Origin: Algoriphagus sp.
GTDB taxonomy: Bacteria; Bacteroidota; Bacteroidia; Cytophagales; Cyclobacteriaceae
Direction: 5' to 3'
NCBI GenBank assembly: GCA_036676605.1
Contig: JAKFCO010000011.1
Coordinates: forward strand, 39,933-103,932
Length of the DNA: 64,000 nt
A program made the position numbers and the translations under genes. This document shows, in pieces, positions 21,551-30,700 of the stretch. The notes below the pieces were generated by a model that was not told the origin of the DNA, did no database searches, and saw only the letters and a program-made list of their open reading frames with translations. Position 1 is the stretch's first letter, and the number at the start of each line of letters is the position of its first letter.

Positions 21551-21696
21551 AAACACGAATTATCACGAATTAGTGAAATTGGAATCTGATTTTTCAAAAT
21601 GATTAACTTTTTAGGGGTGTTGTAAAAAAAGCATGCGTTTTTTAGGCCGGAACCTTGCAGCTAAAGAATTAGTGGAAATTCGTGAAATTCTTGTTT
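21551..21696. repeat. Imperfect inverted repeat pair (miniature element or scar)
   Basis: AAACACGAATTATCACGAATT at 21551 versus AATTCGTGAAATTCTTGTTT at 21677. Confidence 0.55.
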
Positions 21697-22058
21697 TTTT
21701 ATTTTTCCACACAAAAGCCAGTAGAACCTTCTTTGAAGAGCATCACTCCTAATTTCCTGCCACAATAGGTGGGGTCTGCTGAAAAACTCAGAAATTTCAA
21801 TGTATTAAAACCAGTCCAGATTGGCATTTGGATGGTTTTTTGATTTCAAGATCGCCTGGATTAGCTCTATGTCAATTAAATCTGTATTTAATCTACCTAT
21901 TTCCGCACAAGTGTGCTATTATTTCTATAAATACATCATAATCTTGTGATATTCCATTCTGAAAACTAATTATTTTTTTAAAAATTAAAATTATTATCAA
22001 ACTCATAATCAGACAGTTAAATACTCGAATCATTTATTTTTTATTTAACATATTTTTA

Positions 22059-22073
22059 TGGCAAACCATTTGG
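22059..22073 (+). promoter_or_regulatory. Candidate sigma54 -24/-12 promoter of gvpA
   Basis: TGGCAAACCATTTGG versus TGGCAC-N5-TTGC; correct spacing, G in place of C at -12; 70 nt upstream of the gvpA ATG. Confidence 0.55.
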
Positions 22074-22143
22074 TTAGTCCAATGGCAAGAGGTAAACCGT
22101 CCCTCATATTAAAGCACGGTATAACAATCTAATATCATATATC

Positions 22144-22350
22144 ATGGCAGTAGAAAAAACAAACGGTTCATCCAGCCTTGTAGAGGTGATCGACCGTATC
22201 CTCGACAAAGGTGTCGTAGTTGATGCATGGGTAAGAGTTTCATTGGTAGGTATCGAACTGCTTGCAATTGAAGCAAGGATAGTCGTTGCCTCTGTTGAAA
22301 CATACCTTAAGTATGCAGAAGCAATCGGATTAACTGCTAAAGCCGCATAA
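22144..22350 (+). CDS. gvpA: Major gas vesicle structural protein GvpA
   Basis: [56 protein letters not shown] is canonical GvpA. Confidence 0.98.
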   Translation: MAVEKTNGSSSLVEVIDRILDKGVVVDAWVRVSLVGIELLAIEARIVVASVETYLKYAEAIGLTAKAA

Positions 22351-22491
22351 GGCATTTTGCAGTTACGCAGTTATTTTTGCTAAAACATCCTTCCAGGTCA
22401 AATACCCGAAAGCATGATTTACCAAAAATTTCTCTTTTCTCCAGAATTTTTCCTTTTCTCCAAAAGTAAAATCGAAACAAAACCATTATAT

Positions 22492-23160
22492 ATGAATACC
22501 CAGCCTGAATTAAATATAGATGGTTTTTTTGAAAACATTATAAGCTCCTACGAAACCCGGATTCAAAAAATTCAAACTGCTTTCCAAGCATCAGAAATCA
22601 TTACGGAAACATCCCACTCCCTGTTCGACAATGTCCATAATTCCTTATACGAACTTAAAAAGGAAAGAGACATTTTAAATTCCAGGCTATGCGAAACCCT
22701 GGCAAAAAATGGTTCCCTGCGTAAAAAAGATTACAATACGATGATGTCGGGCATTCTCGGCGCACTTGACGAAAAGGAAAGAGAAGCCGAAAGCCGGTTT
22801 TTGACTTTTATTGAAGCCCAGAAAGAGAATGCCCAATCGCTTAAAAATAGCCTGTTGGACATCAAAGATATTACCTCCCAAGACAACTGCGAAAAAATCA
22901 CCATCATCAAAGAGCAACTTTCTCAGATTTCAAAACTGCAGGAAATGAGAAAGGAAACGGTAATGAAGACATTCATGGATTTCCAGCAAATGCATAACAG
23001 AATAATGGAATGTCTTGAAAACTTACTTGAAAAAGGCGATCACATTCTTATACATGATATAAAAAAGATTAAAGATCAAATAATTCAACCCCGTAGGACA
23101 AGTACCCTACGGAGTAAAGAAATCAACCCCGTAGGACTAGCATCCAACAGGATAAACTAA
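22492..23160 (+). CDS. Hypothetical all-helical protein in the gvp operon
   Basis: Coiled-coil pattern, KNGSLRKKDYNTMM motif; start moved to MNTQPEL. Confidence 0.7.
   Translation: MNTQPELNIDGFFENIISSYETRIQKIQTAFQASEIITETSHSLFDNVHNSLYELKKERDILNSRLCETLAKNGSLRKKDYNTMMSGILGALDEKEREAESRFLTFIEAQKENAQSLKNSLLDIKDITSQDNCEKITIIKEQLSQISKLQEMRKETVMKTFMDFQQMHNRIMECLENLLEKGDHILIHDIKKIKDQIIQPRRTSTLRSKEINPVGLASNRIN
23085..23137. repeat. REP-like unit: 15-bp direct repeat with hairpin
   Basis: TCAACCCCGTAGGAC at 23085 and 23123; CCGTAGG-8nt-CCTACGG hairpin at 23091-23112. Confidence 0.65.
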
Positions 23161-23204
23161 CACAGGTAATCAAATATTCATTAACCAAATTAGGAGATAA
23201 AAAA

Positions 23205-24392
23205 ATGGGACTAGCATCAGAAATGAAAAACTTGAGTGAAGATATACTTGCTTCATTCAAACAACGCATCAGGGAAAACGAAGAGCTTGTAACCGATGTG
23301 CAGAAAACCCTCGACGGTTTTCGCAAGGACCACCAGGAGATGGCCGCTGTTTTAAACGCCAATGCTTCAGCCCTTAGAAAAGGACTTGTACATGGGGAAA
23401 AAGAACGACTGAATACCTTCAATGAATTAATGACCGGGATTCATCGCACAATCGCCTCTATACAGAAAGAAGTGGTAGCAATTCAAACTTCCACCTTCAA
23501 TATGATAAATGAATTCACAACCGACAGAGCACAAATGGCTGACGAGTTGAAGAAATTCTTTGCACAGGGCAGGGCCGGCAGGATGCAAAACGAAAAAAAT
23601 AGGATAAGGGAATTTGATGCCCTCATGAAAAACATCAACCAAGATATTAAAAGTATCAACGATGAGGTTTTAACGATTTTAAAAAATACGAGCGACATGT
23701 TAGACAGGTTTGAAAAAGAGCATCTGGAAATGTCGGCTGAGCTTAGAGCAGAACTGAGTAAAAACCTGGCTGAAAGAGTTGAATATACCAGAACATTGCT
23801 GAATAGGTTTCAGAAAAGATTATCGGAGATCGGCAAAGAAAGTCAAAAGGTGGCTCAAAAGCTGAGGAAAGATCTTGCCAATGGCGAAATAGAAAGGATT
23901 AACGACTACAATGGTATAATGAAAGGAATCCATGTGGCGGTAAAAGGAATCCGCAAAGAAGTAAAGGACGTTCAAAAAGCCACTACCGGAATGCTTGGGG
24001 GTTTTTCGCAAGACAGAGGGCAGGCCTCGGCTGAGTGGAACAAGATGAAGGACTCCATTGCTCAATTAAGGAAAACAGGCGTTGTTACATCGTCTAAGGA
24101 GGTAGTCGGGAAAGCTGAAAAAAAAGGGGAAGTGAAAATAGAACCCCCGACTGAAGCAGTAAAGAAAATCCTGGTTGAAGTTCTGCCAAAAGTGGAGTCC
24201 AAACCAGTAGTACCGATGACACTGGAAGAGAAAATAATGACTTATATCAGCAAGCATCCCAAAGGGGTAAAAATTTCGGAAATGGAAGAACCACTGGGAG
24301 AAACACGGATGAAGCTTGGGTTTATCGCTAAAGGTTTACTGGATCAAGGGAAAGTCCAAAAAATGGATAATATTTATTTCCCCTTAAAATAG
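23205..24392 (+). CDS. GvpC-like helical repeat protein with C-terminal winged-helix-like domain
   Basis: Position between gvpA and gvpN; three long imperfect repeats E-x-E/N-R...LM..I...I..EV...T..ML..F; C-terminal LEEKIMTYISKHPKGVKISEM...GLLDQGKV. Confidence 0.6.
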   Translation: MGLASEMKNLSEDILASFKQRIRENEELVTDVQKTLDGFRKDHQEMAAVLNANASALRKGLVHGEKERLNTFNELMTGIHRTIASIQKEVVAIQTSTFNMINEFTTDRAQMADELKKFFAQGRAGRMQNEKNRIREFDALMKNINQDIKSINDEVLTILKNTSDMLDRFEKEHLEMSAELRAELSKNLAERVEYTRTLLNRFQKRLSEIGKESQKVAQKLRKDLANGEIERINDYNGIMKGIHVAVKGIRKEVKDVQKATTGMLGGFSQDRGQASAEWNKMKDSIAQLRKTGVVTSSKEVVGKAEKKGEVKIEPPTEAVKKILVEVLPKVESKPVVPMTLEEKIMTYISKHPKGVKISEMEEPLGETRMKLGFIAKGLLDQGKVQKMDNIYFPLK

Positions 24393-24488
24393 CATCCGGG
24401 TACTGAGCGAAGTCGAAGCGCTAAACCAGTAACCAATTAATGTGTTATATCCATTTCAAAATAAAAGGCCCTGACAAAAATAATCAGA

Positions 24489-24780
24489 TGTGCATTTTGT
24501 AGTGGAAAGGGAAAGATCCCTTTGATTTTACACTCCAATATCAGATTGCCTGGTAAGTAACGACAGGGGCAGGTTAAAATGGACGAACCCCTAAAAAAAT
24601 GTGTTTTTTTGTTCGGGCACAGGCAAAAACCCACTTGGCACCAGGGTTCCGTGTATCGTATGTGGAGGAAAGGGAAATAATTACTGCGAAAGCAATATAA
24701 AATGTACTCAATGCAAAGGAACGGGGAAATCAAGCGATGGCCTGCCATATTCCCGTTGCGGAGACAAAGGCTTAATTTGA
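24489..24780 (+). pseudogene. Frameshifted DnaJ-type zinc finger (CxxCxGxG repeat) protein
   Basis: CAFCSGKG, FCSGTG, CIVCGGKG, CTQCKGTG and degenerate motifs across different frames; start uncertain. Confidence 0.75.
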
Positions 24781-24782
24781 CA

Positions 24783-24986
24783 ATGGACAATGGATTATAC
24801 CCAATGAACAATACCGGAAACAAAATCAGGAAGAGTTTGCTGAAAAGACAAGAAGCATTAAATAGGTTTAAAGCCAGAAAGGAGGCCTTTTTTCTGGCTA
24901 AGGAACAAATAACAAAGGATATTGAGGAGGCCAGAAACATCTGGATAAACACATTGAAACTACTCCCCAAACAGGAATTTAATTAA
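24783..24986 (+). CDS. Small basic helical hypothetical protein upstream of gvpN
   Basis: In-operon ORF (start 24783 or 24804) ending 21 nt before gvpN. Confidence 0.5.
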   Translation: MDNGLYPMNNTGNKIRKSLLKRQEALNRFKARKEAFFLAKEQITKDIEEARNIWINTLKLLPKQEFN

Positions 24987-25007
24987 TGATTTATCAAACC
25001 ATCAACC

Positions 25008-25925
25008 ATGAGCAATAACAATGAAATGAACACCGTACTTGAACTAAGGCCAATGTCAAATTTTGTAGAAACCGATTACATTAAAGACATTACCAGCCGT
25101 GGGCTTACTTACATAAAAGCGGGATTCCCGGTACATTTCAGAGGCCCGTCAGGAACCGGGAAAACAACCGTGGCTATGCATCTGGCTAGTAAAATCGGAA
25201 GGCCGGTGGTCATAATTCATGGTGACGCCGAGTACAAAACTTCCGATCTAATTGGCAGCGAACAGGGATATAAATATAAAAAGCTGGACGATAAGTTTAT
25301 TCACTCTGTCCATAAATATGAGGAGAATATGTCAAAGCAATGGGTGAATAACCGTTTGACTATCGCTGTTAAAAACGGATTTACCCTTATTTACGATGAA
25401 TTTACACGCTCCCGTCCTGAAGCAAATAACATCCTGCTTCCCATCCTGCAGGAGAGAATGCTGAGCACATCGGCTACAAAAGAAGAGGATTACTACATGA
25501 AGGTGCATCCTGAATTCCGTGCCATCTTTACTTCAAATCCTGAAGAGTATGCCGGCGTTAACCGGACTCAGGATGCCCTTCGCGACAGGATGGTTACCAT
25601 GGACCTCGATCATTTCGATTTTGAAACCGAGTTACAAATTACCATGGCAAAATCTGACCTTTCACTAAAAGATACTGAAACAATAGTTAAAATTGTCAGA
25701 GGCTTGCGAGAATCGGGGAAAACCGAATTTGACCCGACGATCCGCGGTTCGATTATGATTGCAAAAACACTGGCAACTTTAGACACCACCCCTTCGGAAT
25801 CCAAAAGTATATTCAGAAAAATTTGTCAGGATATTCTCACTTCCGAAACGAGCCGGATTGGCTCAAAAACCAATCAGGAAAAGGTAAAGATCATTGTTGA
25901 TGAATTAATAGAACAATATATATAG
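25008..25925 (+). CDS. gvpN: Gas vesicle AAA+ ATPase GvpN
   Basis: GFPVHFRGPSGTGKT, YDEFTRSRPEANN, FTSNPEEYAGV, QDALRDR. Confidence 0.96.
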   Translation: MSNNNEMNTVLELRPMSNFVETDYIKDITSRGLTYIKAGFPVHFRGPSGTGKTTVAMHLASKIGRPVVIIHGDAEYKTSDLIGSEQGYKYKKLDDKFIHSVHKYEENMSKQWVNNRLTIAVKNGFTLIYDEFTRSRPEANNILLPILQERMLSTSATKEEDYYMKVHPEFRAIFTSNPEEYAGVNRTQDALRDRMVTMDLDHFDFETELQITMAKSDLSLKDTETIVKIVRGLRESGKTEFDPTIRGSIMIAKTLATLDTTPSESKSIFRKICQDILTSETSRIGSKTNQEKVKIIVDELIEQYI

Positions 25926-25972
25926 TATCACGACAAAACGCACCATCAACCCATCATCAAATCCAAAATATT

Positions 25973-26287
25973 ATGCCAATATCAAGTGCAATTAAAGGAC
26001 TTCAGAGCATTAAATCAATGCAAAATGTCGTTAAATCTGGCATTCCCAACAAGGAGGAATCAGATTTCATAAAATTGTATATGTATGAAAAAGAAAGAAC
26101 CCGGTTGAAGAGTGAAGAAATAAGGATTTTACTAAGGCTTGAGATCATTCAAAGCAGGTTAAAGGAGATCCAGAATTATAATGATGAAAAAGCAGGACAG
26201 ATGCAGGTTCCTGAACCGCAGGAGCTCAATCAAAAAGAAACAGTAAAGGTAAAATCTGATTTTAAAACAATGTCAATAAACTACTAA
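25973..26287 (+). CDS. Coiled-coil gas vesicle accessory protein (GvpV-like by position)
   Basis: Follows gvpN, coiled-coil core; family assignment positional only. Confidence 0.45.
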   Translation: MPISSAIKGLQSIKSMQNVVKSGIPNKEESDFIKLYMYEKERTRLKSEEIRILLRLEIIQSRLKEIQNYNDEKAGQMQVPEPQELNQKETVKVKSDFKTMSINY

Positions 26288-26300
26288 AAAACAATGTATT

Positions 26301-26600
26301 ATGGCAGAACCTCCCCATTCAATTAACGCGGCCGGCCTTGCCGATATTCTCGAAAGAGTACTCGATAAAGGGATCGTAATTGCAGGCGATATCAAGATAC
26401 AAATTGCTGATATTGATTTGCTGACCATAAAAATCAGATTGCTGGTTTGTTCAGTTGACAAGGCCATGGAGATGGGCATCAACTGGTGGCAGGAAGATAC
26501 CTATCTCTCTACCAAAGCCAGGGAAAAAGCGCTGATGGAACATCAAGAAACTTTGGAGGCCCGTTTGGAAAAACTTGAGGCCATTAGCAAACCAGCTTAA
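26301..26600 (+). CDS. gvpJ: GvpA/J family minor structural protein (GvpJ-type)
   Basis: LADILERVLDKGIVIAGDI...DLLTIKIRLLVCSVDKAMEMGINWW. Confidence 0.85.
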   Translation: MAEPPHSINAAGLADILERVLDKGIVIAGDIKIQIADIDLLTIKIRLLVCSVDKAMEMGINWWQEDTYLSTKAREKALMEHQETLEARLEKLEAISKPA

Positions 26601-26628
26601 TTTTAATGAGCTAATAATTATCAATAAA

Positions 26629-27147
26629 ATGGAAAACGATAAAAATAAAGAAAAAAAAGACGAAGCCGCTTTTGATCTTTTCGGACTTGGTGGTTTGTTC
26701 AAGGGCATCGAAAAACTGGTTGACCTTGCCGGAAAGCTCGAAGAAAAGGGTGGAATCAGCAAGGAAGGCGAGATCAATTTTGATCATATCAAAAAAGGCA
26801 TGAAAGGTGTTTATGGCTTTACCATCAACACGGCAGGCGGAGGTACCCCGAAAGTATCGACTTTCGGAAATATAAAAAAAACGCCCGAAGGGCCCAAAGT
26901 GGATGAAGAACGCGAGCCGATAACTGACCTCTTTGATGAAAAAACCGAAGTTGTGATTATTGCTGAAATGCCCGGAATAGAGGAAAGCGACATCAAAATT
27001 GATCTGAAGGAAGATATCCTTGAAATTTCGGCAGCCGGCAAAAACCGTACTTACCACAAAGAACTACTGCTTCCTTCAAAAGTAAGCAGTAAAAATTTAA
27101 AGCACAAATTTACAAATGGCATCCTTGAGATTCGGATAAAAAAATAA
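26629..27147 (+). CDS. Hsp20/alpha-crystallin family protein (GvpH-like)
   Basis: IAEMPGIEESDI, NGILEIRI; start moved to 26629. Confidence 0.85.
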   Translation: MENDKNKEKKDEAAFDLFGLGGLFKGIEKLVDLAGKLEEKGGISKEGEINFDHIKKGMKGVYGFTINTAGGGTPKVSTFGNIKKTPEGPKVDEEREPITDLFDEKTEVVIIAEMPGIEESDIKIDLKEDILEISAAGKNRTYHKELLLPSKVSSKNLKHKFTNGILEIRIKK

Positions 27148-27152
27148 ATGTT

Positions 27153-28106
27153 ATGGCACTGACCGGTTTAGATAGCAACGAACTTAAACTCATTCTTTTG
27201 GGGGGAAAAGGCGGTGTAGGAAAAACCGGCTGTGCAACTGCAATAGCCATTGAGCTATCAAAAACCTTCAAAACAATTCTTATCTCACCATATCCAGCAC
27301 ATTCAGTTTCTGACAGCCTGGGAAAATTCATCGGCTTTAAGCAACAGCCTGTGAAAGGGGTTAATAACCTTACTGCTATTGAAATTGCAGCAGAAGTAGC
27401 ATTTTCAACATTTAAAGAGCAAAACCAGGCCCAACTTGAAAAACTTTTTGATACATCTACAAACCTTGATCAGGAAGACACCGGGCAATTGATGGATGTC
27501 TCTATCCCCGGCATTGATGAAATAATGAGCTTCAAAATAATCACTGATTTTCTTGAAGAAGGGAAATACGACAAATTAATAGTTGATACAGCCCCTACCG
27601 GCCATGCACTACGACTATTTGCGTCGCCAAAGCTGCTGGATGAATGGATTAAAGTTGCCGCACGGATATGGTGGAAATACCGCTATATGGTTACCAGTTT
27701 TTCGGGTTCCTATTAACAGGATGAGGTGGACGCATTTTTATTCAGCCTGAAAAAAATGGTTAAAAGAATCCAAAACCTGTTGCGGGATAAAACCAAATGT
27801 GAATTTATCCCGGTTTGTATCCCCGAAGCGATGGCAATCATGGAAACGGGCAGGCTGCTTGCAAATCCCGGCACATCTGAAATAATTGCGCAGCAGATAA
27901 TCGTGAACAATGTAATGGTTTCGGATGATGGTGATTTTTGCAAAAAAATAAAGGCTGGTCAATTACCCTATTTACAAGAGATTAAAGAAACGTTTAGCAA
28001 TTTAAATATAGTTGAAGTACCAAAATTTACTGAGGAGATCAAAGGACTGGAAGCATTGAATCAATTAAGGATGAGTCTTTTTGGAGATAAACCAATTAAC
28101 CAATAA
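27153..28106 (+). pseudogene. ArsA/Get3-family ATPase with in-frame TAA at 27714-27716
   Basis: GGKGGVGKT, PGIDE, VDTAPTGH; frame continues after the stop; STDPAH motif altered to SPYPAH. Confidence 0.85.
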
Positions 28107-28119
28107 ACCATCAGCCAAA

Positions 28120-30273
28120 ATGAAAGACGAAATAATATTACGTGTAAAAGAAGCACCGGTAAAGGATGTTGGAAGGGCAATTGCCAGGATTGATCCAAAA
28201 GATATGAAGTTGATGGGCTTGGAAAGTGGCGACGTGATCGCTATTGAAGGCAAACGTGCCACGCCGGTTAAGATCATGCCTTGTTATCCCGAAGACAGGG
28301 ATAAGCGTATTATTCAGATTGATGGAATTACCAGAGAAAATGCTCAGGCTGGGGTTGATGAAAAAGTGAAGATCATTAAAACTACCTGCCGTCAGGCTTC
28401 AAAAATAAAACTCAAGCCCGATACAAAATCCGGTTCTTTATTCAAGGCCGATGACGCGAAATACATTGGTTCGCTCATCAATGGCCTTTCGGTAACAAAA
28501 GGCGATAAAGTAAGAGCCACCCTCTTTGGTTCCCGGTCGGTTAATTATACAGTAACCGGTACCAATCCGGACGGGGTGGTACTGATACACCCAAATACCA
28601 CCTTTCAGCTTGAATTGACGAAGCAAGAGGGTGAAAGCAAAAGTAAGGTTTCGTATGAAGACATCGGTGGACTTGGAAATCAGGTTCAACGCATCCGGGA
28701 GATGATAGAACTGCCCTTGAAGTATCCTGAAATTTTTGAACGTCTTGGTGTTCAGGCTCCCAAAGGCGTATTTCTATATGGCCCTCCGGGAACCGGGAAA
28801 ACGCTCATCGTTAGAGCAGTGGCCCATGAAACGGATGCCTATTTTATCAACATTTCCGGCCCGGAGATCATGGGAAAATTTTATGGGGAAAGTGAAGGCC
28901 GGATAAGGAAAATTTTTGAAGAGGCTCAGGCACGTGCACCTTCCATCATTTTTATCGATGAAATTGATGCTATTGCGCCCAAGCGGGAAGATATGGGCGG
29001 TGAAAAGCAGGTTGAAAAGCGTGTTGTAGCCCAACTATTATCGCTTATGGACGGATTGGAATCGAGGGGGAAGGTCATTGTAATTGGCGCAACCAATATT
29101 CCTAATTCCATTGATCCGGCGCTGAGAAGGCCGGGACGTTTTGATCGCGAAATTTCTATCGCTATTCCCGATAAAAAAGGCAGGCTGGAAATTCTTCACA
29201 TCCATACCAGAGGAATTCCCTTGTCGATGGATGTAGATATGGAAAAACTGGCGGAAATCACCCATGGTTTTGTGGGCGCCGATCTGGAAGCTTTAGCCAG
29301 GGAAGCCGCCATGACTGCTTTGCGGAAAATACTCCCGCAAATCGATTTCGAGATGGCTGAAATCCCTTACGAACTTTTGATGTCGCTCGAAGTAACCATG
29401 GATAACTTTTTTGACGCGATGAAAGAGGTGGAGCCATCGGCCATCAGGGAGGTTTTCGTGGAAGTGCCCAATGTGAAATGGGATGATGTTGGCGGCCTTG
29501 ATGAAATCAAAGAGGCTTTAAAGGAAACTGTGGAGTGGCCCCTTATATATGACGAACTGTTTAAAAAAGCCGATACCAAGCCTCCAAAGGGAATTATCCT
29601 TCACGGGAAACCCGGCACAGGCAAAACCTATCTTGCAAAAGCGCTCGCAAGCGAGAGTGGAGTTAATTTTATTTCTGTAAAAGGTCCGCAGATTTTAAGC
29701 CGCTACATCGGTGAATCGGAAAAAGGGGTCAGGGAACTCTTCAGAATGGCAAAACAGGCATCGCCTTGCATCTTGTTTCTGGACGAAATAGACAGCCTTA
29801 CCCCCAGGCGTAGTAACGACAGTTCAGGTTCCGGGGTAATCGAAAGGGTGATTGGCCAGTTCCTTACCGAAATGGATGGCATTGAAGACCTGAAAGGGGT
29901 GATTGTGCTGGCCGCCACCAACAGAATCGATTTAATTGACCCTGCTTTACTAAGAAGTGGCCGGTTTGATCTGATATTTGAATTGCCGTTACCCGATGTA
30001 AAAACCAGGGAAAAAATATTCGGCATCCATTCCCGGAATAAACCCCTTGACAAAAAAGTAAACCTGAACAAACTGGCTCTGAAAACAGAAAACCTCACAG
30101 GATCAGATATCGAATTTATTTGCCGTAAAGCGGCCATGTTTTCCATTCGCGAATTGATTGATAAAAACAGCGGAAAATCGAACGAAGTTATCGGCGAAAT
30201 CATCATCCTGGAGAGTCATTTCGAAGAAGCGATTAGGCTGGTATTACAGCAAAACGCAACGAAGAAAGGTTGA
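28120..30273 (+). CDS. CDC48/p97 family AAA+ ATPase
   Basis: N-domain plus two AAA modules (GPPGTGKT/IDEID, GKPGTGKT/LDEID), ALRRPGRFDRE. Confidence 0.95.
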   Translation: MKDEIILRVKEAPVKDVGRAIARIDPKDMKLMGLESGDVIAIEGKRATPVKIMPCYPEDRDKRIIQIDGITRENAQAGVDEKVKIIKTTCRQASKIKLKPDTKSGSLFKADDAKYIGSLINGLSVTKGDKVRATLFGSRSVNYTVTGTNPDGVVLIHPNTTFQLELTKQEGESKSKVSYEDIGGLGNQVQRIREMIELPLKYPEIFERLGVQAPKGVFLYGPPGTGKTLIVRAVAHETDAYFINISGPEIMGKFYGESEGRIRKIFEEAQARAPSIIFIDEIDAIAPKREDMGGEKQVEKRVVAQLLSLMDGLESRGKVIVIGATNIPNSIDPALRRPGRFDREISIAIPDKKGRLEILHIHTRGIPLSMDVDMEKLAEITHGFVGADLEALAREAAMTALRKILPQIDFEMAEIPYELLMSLEVTMDNFFDAMKEVEPSAIREVFVEVPNVKWDDVGGLDEIKEALKETVEWPLIYDELFKKADTKPPKGIILHGKPGTGKTYLAKALASESGVNFISVKGPQILSRYIGESEKGVRELFRMAKQASPCILFLDEIDSLTPRRSNDSSGSGVIERVIGQFLTEMDGIEDLKGVIVLAATNRIDLIDPALLRSGRFDLIFELPLPDVKTREKIFGIHSRNKPLDKKVNLNKLALKTENLTGSDIEFICRKAAMFSIRELIDKNSGKSNEVIGEIIILESHFEEAIRLVLQQNATKKG

Positions 30274-30690
30274 TAGAGAGGTTGATAAGTTGAAAAAAGG
30301 ATAAAATATGAAATATTCATTTGAAAATCTGGAAGTTTGGCAAACGTCAAGAAAACTGGTAAATGATATTTATCAGGTGATCTCCAATTTTCCACAGGAT
30401 GAAAAATTTGGATTAACCAGCCAACTTAGAAGAGTTTCAATATCTGTGAGCAGTAATATCGCAAAAGGAAGTACCCGATGTAGTAAAAAAGACCAATCAA
30501 GATTTTACGAAATTGCTTTTGGTAGTCTTATAGAAGTTTTAAATCAATTGATACTTGCTACTGATTTGAAATTTTTACAAGAAAACCAATTAACCACACT
30601 CAGGGCAAAAATTGATCCTATTGGAAGAATGTCGAATGGACTTTATCAATCAACCTATCAACTCATAAACAAACTAATAAACCCATCAAC
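30267..30690. repeat. Complementary short-repeat flanks around the four-helix-bundle gene
   Basis: AGGTTGAT x2 plus AAGTTGA at 30267-30293; ATCAACCTATCAACT...CCATCAAC at 30649-30690. Confidence 0.65.
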
Positions 30691-30694
30691 ATAA
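30308..30694 (+). CDS. Four helix bundle protein (23S rRNA IVP-like family)
   Basis: FENLEVWQ, FPQDEKFGLTSQLRRVSISVSSNIAKG, AFGSLIEV. Confidence 0.92.
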   Translation: MKYSFENLEVWQTSRKLVNDIYQVISNFPQDEKFGLTSQLRRVSISVSSNIAKGSTRCSKKDQSRFYEIAFGSLIEVLNQLILATDLKFLQENQLTTLRAKIDPIGRMSNGLYQSTYQLINKLINPST

Positions 30695-30700
30695 AAAAGC

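Noticed and set aside
21710-21850. Possible IS4-like transposase C-terminal fragment on - strand (QMPIWTGFNTLKFL)
   Set aside because: Resemblance too short and weak to support without a search
24437-24970. 177-aa - strand ORF in the gvp operon
   Set aside because: Antisense to the zinc-finger relic and the small ORF, which carry real motifs on +
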